DNA of 64,000 bases from an uncultured Phycisphaerales bacterium (GTDB lineage: Bacteria > Planctomycetota > Phycisphaerae > WQYP01), in contig CAVYBP010000006.1 in assembly GCA_963766775.1 (NCBI GenBank), forward strand, positions 6,939 through 70,938, read 5' to 3'. A model generated the notes under the pieces. It ran no database searches, was not told the origin of the DNA, and worked only from the letters and a program-made list of their open reading frames with translations. The position numbers were made by a program, and so were the translations under genes. Positions 50,161-60,043 of this stretch are shown here, in pieces. Numbering within the stretch: the stretch's first letter is position 1; each line of letters begins with the position of its first letter.

Positions 50161-51373
50161 ATGACCACGACCCCCACAATCTGGCCCGCCTTCCTCCGCC
50201 CCGACGGCAAAAAGGGGATCCGCAACATCACGCTCGTAATCTACACCGTTGAGTGCGCCCAGTTCGTCGCCCACGCCATCGCCCGCGATGAACCGGACGC
50301 CCATGTCATCGGCTTTCCCGGCTGCTACGACAATGCGTACGCCATCCGCCTCATGCTCGCGCTCGGCCGGCATCCCAACGTCGGCGCGGTTCTCGCCGTC
50401 GGCCTGGGCTGCGAATACACGCAGCCCGGAAAAGATTGCCGAAGTCGTGCGCGCCTCCGGCCGTCCCGCCGAATGGTTCTTCATCCAGGAAGCCGGCGGC
50501 ACGCCAAAAGCATCGAAAAAGGCAAAGATCATCGTCCGCGCTTTCCGCGAACAACTCGACCGCGACACCCCCACGCACCACCATGTCGCTCGCCGATCTC
50601 GTCGTCGGCTGTGAATGCGGCGGCTCCGACGGCACCTCGGGCCTCGCCGGCAATCCTGTCGTCGGCGCATTCTTTGATCGCCTCGTGGATGCGGGGGGCA
50701 CCGCCATCTTCGAGGAAATCGTCGAAATGATCGGCCTGAAGCAGGTCATCGCTGTCGCGCGCGCCTCGCCCGCCGCCCGCGAGCAAGTCGTCGCCGCCTA
50801 CGACAAGGCCGTCCGCTACTGCCAGGACGTCCGCCAGTATTCCGTCTCCCCAGGTAACTTCGCCGGCGGCCTCACCACCATCGAAGAAAAATCCATGGGC
50901 GCCTTCGCCAAATCCGGCAGCCGCCCCATCCAGGGCGTCATCCGCGTCGCCCAGCAGCCGCCCGCTCCGGGCCTGTGGATCATGGACACCGTCCCCGATG
51001 AACACTTCATGCAGTTCGGCTACACCAACCCCAATGACACCGAAGGCATCATGGACCTCATCTCCGGCGGTTCCCACATCGTCATCTTCGTCACTGGCCG
51101 TGGCAGGTTATCGGCACCCCCGTCGCCCCTCTCATCAAGATCACCGGCAACTCCCAGACTTTCCGCCGGATGCAGGAAGACATGGATTTCGACGCAGGCC
51201 GCGTTCTTGCAGGCGAGCTGTCCCTGTCCCAAGCCGCTGCGGAACTCGAATCCCTCATCGTGCAGGTTGCCGCAGGCCAGCTCACCAAGCCCGAACGCCT
51301 CGGCCACCGCGAGTATTTTGTCGTGTACAAGCATCAGGACACGGTTCCATTGGAGATCGGATGTCGCGCGTAA
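50161..51373 (+). CDS. UxaA/GarD-family sugar-acid dehydratase, large subunit; 3 frame changes as written
   Basis: [19 protein letters not shown].., GFPGCYDN.., LAVGLGCEY, then [23 protein letters not shown].., [26 protein letters not shown], and the tail [16 protein letters not shown] in four ORF pieces. Confidence 0.8.
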
Positions 51374-52167
51374 CTTCCTCTTCCCCCACTCCCTTCTCCA
51401 CTGTGTTTTCTCTCGAAGGCGAAACAGCCCTCATCACCGGCGGCGGCTCTGGTCTCGGCCTTGGCATGGCCCGCTGCATGGCCCTGGCCGGCGCCAACGT
51501 CATCCTTGTTGGTCGCCGTGCCAACGTTCTCACGCAAGCCTCCGAAGAGCTCGCTTCCCACGGCGTCGACCCCGCCCGCGTCGCCCTCGAATCCTGCGAT
51601 GTCACAAATTTCGCTTCCGCTAATGCCATGGTGGAGCGCCTCCAGAAAAGCACTCCCATCTCCATCCTGGTCAACAACGCAGGCATCCACCTCAAAAAGC
51701 CCGCCATTGAGACCACGCCCGAAGCCTTTCTTGAAGTCCTCAATACCCACGTCCTCGCCGCCCACAATCTTACCCGCGCCGTCCTGCCCGCCATGCTCGA
51801 ACGCCGCCACGGCAACATCATTTTCACCGCCTCCATGGCTTCCCTCTTCGGAATCCCCCAGGTCATCGCCTACTCCGCTGCAAAGTCCGCCTTGATCGGT
51901 ATGGTCCGCACGCTCTCCACTGAGGTCGCAAGTCACGGCGTCCGCGTTAACGCCATCGCCCCCGGCTGGATTGAATCGCCCATGCTCCGCAAAGCCCTCT
52001 CCGGCGATGAAAAACGGACCAACAAAATCCTCTCCCGCACGCCCATGAACGCCTTCGGCGACCCGACCGACGTCGGTTGGGCCGCCGTCTACCTTGCCTC
52101 CAAAGCGGCCCAATTCGTCACCGGCGTCGTCCTGCCCATCGACGGCGGCGCAAGCATCGGCTTCTGA
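51361..52167 (+). CDS. SDR-family oxidoreductase (KduD/gluconate 5-dehydrogenase-like)
   Basis: [15 protein letters not shown] (TGxxxGxG), NNAG, catalytic S...[15 protein letters not shown]. Intact from the ATG at 51361. Confidence 0.85.
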   Translation: MSRVTSSSPTPFSTVFSLEGETALITGGGSGLGLGMARCMALAGANVILVGRRANVLTQASEELASHGVDPARVALESCDVTNFASANAMVERLQKSTPISILVNNAGIHLKKPAIETTPEAFLEVLNTHVLAAHNLTRAVLPAMLERRHGNIIFTASMASLFGIPQVIAYSAAKSALIGMVRTLSTEVASHGVRVNAIAPGWIESPMLRKALSGDEKRTNKILSRTPMNAFGDPTDVGWAAVYLASKAAQFVTGVVLPIDGGASIGF

Positions 52168-52198
52168 CGCACCACGTCTATCCCGCTGATCGTGCGGG

Positions 52199-53600
52199 AT
52201 GCCTTTCAGCCGCCTTTACCCCGAGGACTCATGGCGCCTCCGCAGCCTATCCCGACCCTCTCCACGACGTGCCCGCGCACCCCACCATTACCTTCGCTGG
52301 TTCATCTGCTTCCTCCTCTTCCTCTCCACCACCATCAACTACATGGATCGCCAGATCCTCGGCATCCTCAAGTCCACCCTCAACGCCGACTTCCACTGGA
52401 CCGAACGCGATTACGCCAACGTCGTCACCGCCTTCCAGTTCGCCTACGCCTTTGGCTATCTCTTTGCCGGCCGCATGATGGACCGCCTCGGCGTCAAATT
52501 CGGCCTCCCCCTCGTCGTTGCCCTCTGGTCACTTGCTGCCGCAGGTCACGGCTTGGTCGCCTTCATCTCCCCCGCCTCTAAAATGTCCCTCTGGTTCGTC
52601 ACGCTCCCCACATCGGTCGCAGCCTTTTCCCTCCTCCGCCTCGCTCTTGGCCTCGTCGAAGGCGGCAACTTCCCCGCCGCCATCAAGGCCGTCACAGAGT
52701 GGTTCCCTATCCGCGAACGCGCTCTTGGCCACGGGCATCTTTAATGCCGGCACCACGTTCGGTGCCATCTTCTGCCCCCTGATCGTCCCTCCCATCAACC
52801 ACGCCCTCGGCTGGCCCACCGCCTTCTACATCACCGGCGCCTTGGGCGCTGCCTGGATCCTTCTGTGGGTCCTCACCTACGACTCCCCCTCCAACCACCG
52901 CCGCCTCTCCCCAGTTGAACGCGCCTACATTGAATCCGACTTTGCCTCCTCATTTGACAACCAAAACGCTGCTCTTGCCAAACCAATCTCCGTCTACAGA
53001 CTCCTCACATTCCGCGCCACTTGGGCCTACATTGCCGGCATGGTTTTCACCGCCCCAGTGTGGTGGTTCTATCTCTTTTGGATCCCCGACTTCCTCCAAA
53101 AACGCTTCGGACTCACTCCGGACAACGTCGGCTTCCCCGTCGGCGTCATCTATTTCCTCACCCTCTTCGGCTCTATCGGCGGTGGCTGGCTCCCCTCGCT
53201 GCTGCTCTCCCGCGGCTTTTCCCTCAACGCCTCGCGAAAAATCTCTCTGCTCATTCCCTGCCTTTGTGCGGTCCCCGTCGCCCTGGTGCCTCTCGCCAAC
53301 AACCTCTGGCTCGCTGTCCTCTTCCTCGGCATCGCCGCCTCCGCCCACCAAGCTTGGGCAGCCAATCTTTACACCCTCGTCTCTGACACCATTCCCGCAC
53401 GGTCCGTCAGTACTGCTGTCGGCATCGGCGGCCTCCTTGCCAGTCTCGCTGCCATGGCCGCCTCACAGGCCGTCGGCTTCATCCTCGACGCCACCCACTC
53501 CTATTACCTCCTCCTTACGGCCTGCTGCTTCGCCTACCTACTTGCCATTGCTGCCATCCAACTCTTCGTGCCCCACATCGAACCGGCCAGCCCCGCCTAA
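52199..53600 (+). CDS. MFS transporter (hexuronate/sugar-acid ExuT-like); one frameshift near 52725 as written
   Basis: LRWFICFLLFLSTTINYMDRQILGIL.., GYLFAGRMMDRLG, LVEGGNFPAAIKAVTEWFPIRERA. It continues in ORF 52518..53600 with six more helices. Confidence 0.8.
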
Positions 53601-53737
53601 AACGACGGTGGCTCCCCATGGACCTACCTTTGTTGATTTTCCTCTAATCAACCGCGCGGATGTTGCCTCCAGTGTTGGATTAGTCAGGGTCGTGGGAGAA
53701 AATAACCGCACATTGCCGCCGGGGCGTCCTGGACACT

Positions 53738-53771
53738 CGACCCCCCCCAAATTATCGACCCCCCAAATTAT
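53738..53771. repeat. Direct repeat CGA-C(6-8)-AAATTAT x2
   Basis: cgaccccccccaaattat followed by cgaccccccaaattat, in the spacer upstream of the CrtC-like gene. A TATACT-like -10 element follows ~25 bp later. Confidence 0.8.
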
Positions 53772-53914
53772 CCATGCAAATCGACTCTCCCGACGATATA
53801 CTTCGAGCGTGACACTTCTTCACGGGGCTTGAAAAATGTCCCCAACGCCCGCACCACCACCCCAGCGCCTCTTGAGCATTCGCGCGATCCTGCGGCGCCG
53901 GTTCCGCCGCCGGA

Positions 53915-55069
53915 ATGGCCGGACTCGACGTCGTCACCGCTCAGCAGCGATGGGCTGAAGAAAACGGCCAGGCCCTCAAAACCCCCGGTGCCTACGAATG
54001 GTGGTGCTTCCATTCCATGACGCCCCAGGGCGACGGCATCTTCGTCGCCCTGTTCCACGGACTCCCCTTTGATCCCCATTATTTAACCCAGGGCTTCCGC
54101 CACCGCGCCAAGGGCCCCCTCGCGGACCTGCCTCCCGGCTTGTCCGCCGGCCATTATCCCGCCGCCTACTTCGCCGTATATCAGGGCGGAAAAAAAGTCG
54201 CGCAATTCCTGAACGTCTACCCCGCCGAAACCGACCCCACCGACTCTCCCGACATTCGCATCGGCCCCAACCGCATCACCCTCCGTCAGGACGGCTCCTT
54301 CGGCCTCATCGTCAAGGGTTACCCCTTCACCATCACCCGTGGCCAGCCCCGAAGCCGCAAAGATCAAGTCTTGTCCGGCCAGTTCACATTCACCCCAACA
54401 TTCTCCTCCGTGCCGCACTCCCGATCGTTCCGTAAAGACAACGCCAACGGCGCAAAACATCATTGGATCCTCGCCGCGCCCCACGGCCAAATCGCCGGCA
54501 CCGTCAGGCTCATCGACTCCGCCGAAAATGTCTCCACCCTCGACCTCCGCATCAACGCCGTCGGATACCACGACCATATCTACGGCCACGGCAGCCTCTC
54601 CGAAGGCATCCACAAACAAATGTGGGGCTATATCCAGGGCGACACCTGGACCGCCGCCTGGCACCAAACATTCTTCAAGGAAGGCCCAAACGACCACGCC
54701 GGCGGACTCCTCTTTTTTGAACAGGGAAAAAAGCCCGTCGTCGTCGAGGGACCCGCCTCCCGGCTCGAGCACATGCAGGTCGGACGCTGGCTCATGCGAT
54801 ATCCCGGCCGAATGACCATGCACGGCTCCGACGGCCATGGCCACCCCGTCGAGTTCATCCTCGCCCACGACCATGTCCTCGATACCTCCCCCTTCCACAC
54901 ACGCCTCAACGCTTCCGGAAAACTCACCATCCCCGGCCGCGGCTCCTATCAGGGACAGGGTGCCACCCACACCCTCCAGCTCCGCCGACTCCGCTGGCCC
55001 ATCCTCTCCGACCTCACCCTCCTCGCCATCACCATGGTCCAACAAGACGACCCCCTCTGGCATGAGTAA
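53915..55069 (+). CDS. CrtC-like (carotenoid 1,2-hydratase/AttH-type lipocalin) family protein
   Basis: Intact 384-aa ORF. YEWWCFHSMTPQGDGIFVALFHGLPFDPHY, GYHDHIYG and LDTSPFHTRL parallel the WWY..., GYLDSN... and EDAPFY... blocks of CrtC as I recall them. The match is from memory only. Confidence 0.55.
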   Translation: MAGLDVVTAQQRWAEENGQALKTPGAYEWWCFHSMTPQGDGIFVALFHGLPFDPHYLTQGFRHRAKGPLADLPPGLSAGHYPAAYFAVYQGGKKVAQFLNVYPAETDPTDSPDIRIGPNRITLRQDGSFGLIVKGYPFTITRGQPRSRKDQVLSGQFTFTPTFSSVPHSRSFRKDNANGAKHHWILAAPHGQIAGTVRLIDSAENVSTLDLRINAVGYHDHIYGHGSLSEGIHKQMWGYIQGDTWTAAWHQTFFKEGPNDHAGGLLFFEQGKKPVVVEGPASRLEHMQVGRWLMRYPGRMTMHGSDGHGHPVEFILAHDHVLDTSPFHTRLNASGKLTIPGRGSYQGQGATHTLQLRRLRWPILSDLTLLAITMVQQDDPLWHE

Positions 55070-55100
55070 ACCCCGTCCCGCCCGCCCGCCTCCCGCCCCC

Positions 55101-55631
55101 TCACATCCCCATATCACTCTTATCCAGAATCGCCTCATACCCCACCCCCGGTGCCGCCTGCAAAATATTCTCCTTCCCCCCTTCAAGCCGATCCAGCGCA
55201 ACGATCACCGTGGTCACGCGGCCCCCCGCATCCGTAATATTCTTGATCGCCTCAATCACCTGCCCCCCCGTAGTCACAATATCTTCCACTAGAACCACCT
55301 GATCCCCCGCCACAATCTTGCCCTCGATCGTCTTACTCGTTCCGTACTCTTTCTTCGCATTACGCACGATAAAAAACGGCACATTCGACGCAAGGCTCCC
55401 CGCCGCCGCAAGCGCAACCGCGCCAAGCTCCGGACCCGCGATCCGCGTCGTCCCCGCCGGAAGCCGCTTCGCAATCTCCCGTCCCATCGCCGCCAGAATA
55501 TCCGGCTGCGTCTCAAACAAATATTTATCAAAATAAAACCGCGATTTTTTCCCCGAACGCAGCGTGAAATCCCCCTCAAGAAGAGCGACTTCCTTCACCC
55601 GTCTGGCCAATGCGCCGTGATCCATGTGCAT
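55101..55631 (-). CDS. pyrE: Orotate phosphoribosyltransferase
   Basis: The ATG at 55629-55631 follows AGGAGC. GDFTLRSGKKSRFYFDKY, and the PRPP-binding loop VVLVEDIVTTGGQ. Confidence 0.9.
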   Translation of the reverse strand: MHMDHGALARRVKEVALLEGDFTLRSGKKSRFYFDKYLFETQPDILAAMGREIAKRLPAGTTRIAGPELGAVALAAAGSLASNVPFFIVRNAKKEYGTSKTIEGKIVAGDQVVLVEDIVTTGGQVIEAIKNITDAGGRVTTVIVALDRLEGGKENILQAAPGVGYEAILDKSDMGM

Positions 55632-55781
55632 GCTCCTAAAACAACAAGCGGAGTATTCTAACGACCCCCACCCCGAAGTAAAAAGATTCCAAGACGCGCC
55701 TGAAACGTTTACCACGCATCCCCAATGTGCTCTACCTTCCTCTGATTTGATGCCCGCCGCACGAACCGGGATGATAAAGAC

Positions 55782-57005
55782 ATGCCAAATGAAATCATGA
55801 TTCACACCAGTCGCCTCGGGAAAGCATACGCGCTCTTCGCACGCCCCTGGGATCGCCTCATGTATCAACTGTTTCATTCGCGCCGCCATCTGCAAGAACA
55901 AAACTGGGTCCTGCGCGACATCAGCTTCGACGTGCGCCAACGCGAAACCGTCGGCATCATCGGCCGCAACGGATCCGGGAAATCAACCCTCCTCCAATTG
56001 ATCTGCGGCACCCTGGCCGCATCCGAAGGCGAAGTCGAAACCCACGGCCGCATCGCCGCCCTCCTCGAACTCGGTGCGGGCTTCAACCCCGAATTCACCG
56101 GCCGCGAAAATGTCTATCTCAATGGCCGAATTTATGGCCTCTCGCACCCCCAGGTCACCCAACGCTTCGACCGCATCGCCGCTTTCGCCGACATCGGCGA
56201 CTACATCGATCAACCCGTCAAAACTTACTCCAGCGGCATGTACGTTCGGCTCGCCTTCGCCGTCATCGCCCACGTCGATGCCGACATCCTCGTCATCGAC
56301 GAGGCACTCTCCGTTGGCGACGCTTTCTTCCAACAAAAATGCATGCGCTTCCTCCGAACATTTCGTGAGACCGGAACCATCCTCTTCGTCAGCCACGACG
56401 CCGCCGCAGTCGTGAACCTCTGCGAACGGATGATCTGGCTCGAAGCCGGCCGAGTGAAACAAATCGGAGACGCCAAGACCGTCTGCGAGGCCTACCACGC
56501 CACGATTGTCCGCGACGCCGCGCCCGCCGCGCAGCCCGCCCTCACGATCAGCCCCGAAAGTTTCGGCGAAGGCGGCGCGATCATCACCGAAGTGCTCCTC
56601 CAAAATGAACTCGGCGAGAGGCTTTCTTCCGTCGTCGGCGGCGAACACATCACAATACACGTCCGCGCCCGAGCCGACATTCTCATCCACCGCCCCATCC
56701 TCGGATTCTTCGTAAAAGATCGCTTGGGACAAACCCTCTTCGGCGACAACACCTCCGCCATATCCCCCCGCCAAAGCGTCCAACCCGCCACCCCATGCGA
56801 GGCCGCATTCACTTTCAAAATGCCCATCCTCCTCCCCGGCGATTACACCATCGCCGCAGCCATCGCCGACGGCGACCAGCACCAGCACCGCATGTTGCAC
56901 TGGATCCACGATGCAACCATGTTCACCTCCCGCGCAACCGGCCATCACCGCGGAATCGTCGGAATCGCAATGGACGCCGTCACATTTTCCGTCTCAAAAT
57001 CCTGA
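55782..57005 (+). CDS. Polysaccharide/teichoic-acid-export type ABC ATPase (Wzt/TagH-like) with a C-terminal beta-sandwich domain
   Basis: Intact 407-aa ORF. WVLRDISFDV..GETVGIIGRNGSGKSTLL, ELGAGFNPEFTGRENV, YSSGMYVRLAFA, LVIDEALSVGD. The ~150-aa C-terminal domain is Wzt_C-like. Confidence 0.8.
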   Translation: MPNEIMIHTSRLGKAYALFARPWDRLMYQLFHSRRHLQEQNWVLRDISFDVRQRETVGIIGRNGSGKSTLLQLICGTLAASEGEVETHGRIAALLELGAGFNPEFTGRENVYLNGRIYGLSHPQVTQRFDRIAAFADIGDYIDQPVKTYSSGMYVRLAFAVIAHVDADILVIDEALSVGDAFFQQKCMRFLRTFRETGTILFVSHDAAAVVNLCERMIWLEAGRVKQIGDAKTVCEAYHATIVRDAAPAAQPALTISPESFGEGGAIITEVLLQNELGERLSSVVGGEHITIHVRARADILIHRPILGFFVKDRLGQTLFGDNTSAISPRQSVQPATPCEAAFTFKMPILLPGDYTIAAAIADGDQHQHRMLHWIHDATMFTSRATGHHRGIVGIAMDAVTFSVSKS

Positions 57006-58564
57006 CCCGCCCTCGGCCGCCCCAAAACACACACCACAAAACTCATCCCCGTCCCAATCGGCATCCACCACGGCCACGCCAGCTTCACCGCATGACCAAA
57101 AATCAGCGGCGACCAATGTCCCATCACCCCTTCCTGCATCGCCCCAACCACCACCGCACCCGTCACCAACGCCGCGATTACACTCCCGGAATTCCCGCGC
57201 CGCGTCAGCAGCGCCGTCAAAAACACACCCAGCATTCCGCTCAACGCAAACGTCAGCACCCCCAACGCAAAATCCACCAGCGTCGTCTGCCGGTCATACA
57301 CCCCCGCACATACGATCGCGAATCCGCACATTAAAGTCCCCACCCCCGCCACCACCCACTTCGACGCATGGCCCTCCGCCGCCCCCTCATATCCCAGCCG
57401 CCGCCGCAACGGAACCCACACGTCCGCCACCAGGCTCGACCCCAGCGCATTCATCGCCGAATCCAACGACCCCTGCGCCACCGCGAACAACCCCGCCATC
57501 GACAACCCCGCCAACCCCGTCGGCAACTCATGCATCAAAAACCACGGATACACCGACTTCCGATCCACCGCCACCTCATGCACCATCCCCATCACATCCG
57601 GCCGATCGTAAAACAAATAAAGCAGCAGCCCAATCCCCAAAAACAGCATCACCACCGCCATCCCAATAAACTGCGACGCGATCACCGACACCCCGCCCCG
57701 CGCCGCCGACTTGGAAATCAAAAACCGCTGCGCCAAATCCTGATCCGTTCCATAAGCCGCGATCATCAAAAGTGTATTCCCAAAAATCGCCGCCCAAAGC
57801 GTAAAAGGCTTCGCCGGATTCGCCGATAAATCCAATACCGCCAGCTTACTCCCTCCCCCATCCTTCACTTGCGACTCCTTCAGAACATGCACAATCTCCG
57901 TCATGCTCAAAGGAATTCGATGCAGCAAAATTCCAATCGTCACCACCGCCGTCCCCACGACAATCGCGAATTGAATCGTGTCCACCCACACCACCGCCCG
58001 CACCCCGCCAACCGTCGCATAAAAAGTCCCCACCGCCCCGATCAAACAGATCGCCACCACATACTCGCCAAACGTCGGCGTCTTCGCCCCGAACATCAAC
58101 AGACACAACGGAATCGCCGCTAGAAACAACCGCGCCCCTGACGCCAGCATCCGCCCCACAATAAACGCGCAACTCACCGCCAGCTGCGCGCCCTCCCCAA
58201 ACCGCTGCGCCAAAAATCCATAAATCGTCACCGTCCCCGCCGCATACAACCGTGGCACAAACAGAAACGTCACCGCGAACACCGCCGTGATCCCCCCCAC
58301 ATTCAATATCAAATACGTCAGGTTCCCCCCAAACGCCAAATCCGGAACCCCCACGAACGTCGCCGTCGACAGCATCGTCGCCACCAGCGACACCGCCACC
58401 GCCCACGTCGGCAACGACCGCCCCCCCAAAAAATACTCCTTCGCATCCCCACCTCCCCCCACCCGCTTCCGCCCCACCCACAACCCCACCACCGTCACCA
58501 ACGCAAAATAAACCCCAACCACCCCCCAATCCAACAAACCAAATTGCCCCAACGTACCCATCAT
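56945..58564 (-). CDS. Sodium:solute symporter (SSF) family transporter
   Basis: Intact 539-aa ORF. EYFLGGRSLP.WAVAVSLVAT..S..TFVGVP and 13-14 hydrophobic helices. The last 61 nt overlap the 3' end of the convergent Wzt gene. Confidence 0.85.
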   Translation of the reverse strand: MMGTLGQFGLLDWGVVGVYFALVTVVGLWVGRKRVGGGGDAKEYFLGGRSLPTWAVAVSLVATMLSTATFVGVPDLAFGGNLTYLILNVGGITAVFAVTFLFVPRLYAAGTVTIYGFLAQRFGEGAQLAVSCAFIVGRMLASGARLFLAAIPLCLLMFGAKTPTFGEYVVAICLIGAVGTFYATVGGVRAVVWVDTIQFAIVVGTAVVTIGILLHRIPLSMTEIVHVLKESQVKDGGGSKLAVLDLSANPAKPFTLWAAIFGNTLLMIAAYGTDQDLAQRFLISKSAARGGVSVIASQFIGMAVVMLFLGIGLLLYLFYDRPDVMGMVHEVAVDRKSVYPWFLMHELPTGLAGLSMAGLFAVAQGSLDSAMNALGSSLVADVWVPLRRRLGYEGAAEGHASKWVVAGVGTLMCGFAIVCAGVYDRQTTLVDFALGVLTFALSGMLGVFLTALLTRRGNSGSVIAALVTGAVVVGAMQEGVMGHWSPLIFGHAVKLAWPWWMPIGTGMSFVVCVLGRPRAGQDFETENVTASIAIPTIPR

Positions 58565-58695
58565 CGCCTCACCAACCGCCCCCCTTCACACAAAAAGAAA
58601 CCCCAACGAGTTTAACCCCAAACTCACCAAGGCACGAAATGCCGGGCTCTCCACCGCACCCGCAAAACGTAACGCGGCCATCCCGCCCACAACCG

Positions 58696-58717
58696 GAGTT
58701 CACGCTTCAGCGTGTCT
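58696..58717 (-). repeat. Copy 2 of the 22-nt intergenic motif (minus strand AGACACGCTGAAGCGTGAACTC)
   Basis: Identical to 46667-46688, and the next ~15 nt are also similar (cggttgtgggcggg vs tggtgtggggaggg). It lies roughly 20-40 nt downstream of the last pseudopilin stop. Confidence 0.8.
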
Positions 58718-58735
58718 TCATTCATCGCAGGCAAA

Positions 58736-59209
58736 TCACTCTCGCAAAACCGCACCCACCACCACCCACGCCCCATCCGCCCCACGCCCGAATCGAACCA
58801 CCTCCAACCCCCGCGCCTCCCGCAACGACGCCTCAACCCGCACGCTCGCCCCCGTCCCTTCCGCAACCACATGCAGCCTCAATCCGCCTCCCTCCACCGG
58901 CACCTTCACCGCCACGTCCCGTTCCGCCCCACCATGCATCCGCAACTCCTCCTCCGCAACCACCGTCCCCGCCAGCAACAACTGCCGCAGCTGCGCCCCA
59001 CCCGCCGCTGCTCGCGTCCGCCGCACCTCCGTCGCGAACAACGCCGTCATCGACACCACCGCCGCACCAATCAACACAAACATCACGATCACCGCCATCA
59101 TCGCCATCCCCCTCTCGCCCGCCATCCGTCCCCCGTCCCGCCACACCTCCGTCGTAAGCATCCGCACCCCACCCACACACCCGCCTCGACCATTCAACAA
59201 AATCTTCAT
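58736..59209 (-). CDS. Minor-pseudopilin-like protein (GspK-like N-terminus without Glu5)
   Basis: The ATGA overlaps the upstream stop. ERGMAMMAVIVMFVLIGAAVVSMTALF hydrophobic N-terminal helix. 157 aa. Confidence 0.45.
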   Translation of the reverse strand: MKILLNGRGGCVGGVRMLTTEVWRDGGRMAGERGMAMMAVIVMFVLIGAAVVSMTALFATEVRRTRAAAGGAQLRQLLLAGTVVAEEELRMHGGAERDVAVKVPVEGGGLRLHVVAEGTGASVRVEASLREARGLEVVRFGRGADGAWVVVGAVLRE

Positions 59210-59691
59210 CGCCCACCCCCCATCATCACCTGACTCACAAAAGTCACCGTCTCCAACGGCACCTTCACCCCGCTAAAACGAGCCGTCACCAACGCCCCAC
59301 GCACCTCCACCGCGCCCTCCGCAGGCATCTCCTCCCACCGCCGCACCAACTCGCGTTCACCCGTCTCCGTCCTGCTCCACACATTTCCCAATCGCCACCG
59401 CACCGTACCCTCCCCCTCGCTCAACATCAATTCTCCATCACGAAGTTCCATCGCCCTCGCCCCCCACACATCCCGCCGCAACATGCCAATCGCCGCATCC
59501 ACTCGCAGCACGACCGCACCCCGCCGCTCCGAATCCACCTGCCCGCGATACGCCGCCTTGAACAGTGCGCTAATCACCACCATAAAAATCGCCAGCAACC
59601 CCACCATCGCAATCATCTCAATGATCGTAAACCCGCCCCGCCGCCTCCATACCATTGCCAAAGACGCTGATCCTCGAACAAAATTATTCAT
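59206..59691 (-). CDS. Pseudopilin with a canonical prepilin-type N-terminal cleavage/methylation motif
   Basis: RRRGGFTIIEMIAMVGLLAIFMVVISALF (G/FTxxE). 161 aa. Overlaps both neighbours. Confidence 0.7.
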   Translation of the reverse strand: MNNFVRGSASLAMVWRRRGGFTIIEMIAMVGLLAIFMVVISALFKAAYRGQVDSERRGAVVLRVDAAIGMLRRDVWGARAMELRDGELMLSEGEGTVRWRLGNVWSRTETGERELVRRWEEMPAEGAVEVRGALVTARFSGVKVPLETVTFVSQVMMGGGR

Positions 59692-60043
59692 CGTCCACCT
59701 CCATTGCCGCCCGCCGCCGACGCATCCACCAGCCCGATAAGCCTCGCCTCTCGCGCGCCACCTTCGCCGTCACCCGCACCCACGCACGGCGCCACGGCGT
59801 CCGTCGCCAATTTCTCAACCCGCGCCCCCGTGGGTAACGCCTCCCCCGACTCCAGCGCCAACATCGCCGCTTCCGCCCCCCGCGCCGCGCGCGAATCTCT
59901 GCCAGCTCCTGCTCCCGCCGGCCCTGCTTCACCACCGATACCGTCATCACCATCAGTAAAAACAGCGCCAATACAATCCCCGCAATCGCATCCATGACCA
60001 GAAAGCCGCGCCGTGACCCCATTCCTGTTCCCGTCTCACTCAT
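59684..60043 (-). CDS. Pseudopilin-like protein with a degenerate class III signal (GFLVMD); the C-terminal half is possibly frameshifted
   Basis: SRRGFLVMDAIAGIVLALFLLMVMTVSVV. The Arg-rich remainder looks out of frame, while an alternative frame reads more protein-like. Confidence 0.4.
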   Translation of the reverse strand: MSETGTGMGSRRGFLVMDAIAGIVLALFLLMVMTVSVVKQGRREQELAEIRARRGGRKRRCWRWSRGRRYPRGRGLRNWRRTPWRRAWVRVTAKVARERRGLSGWWMRRRRAAMEVDDE

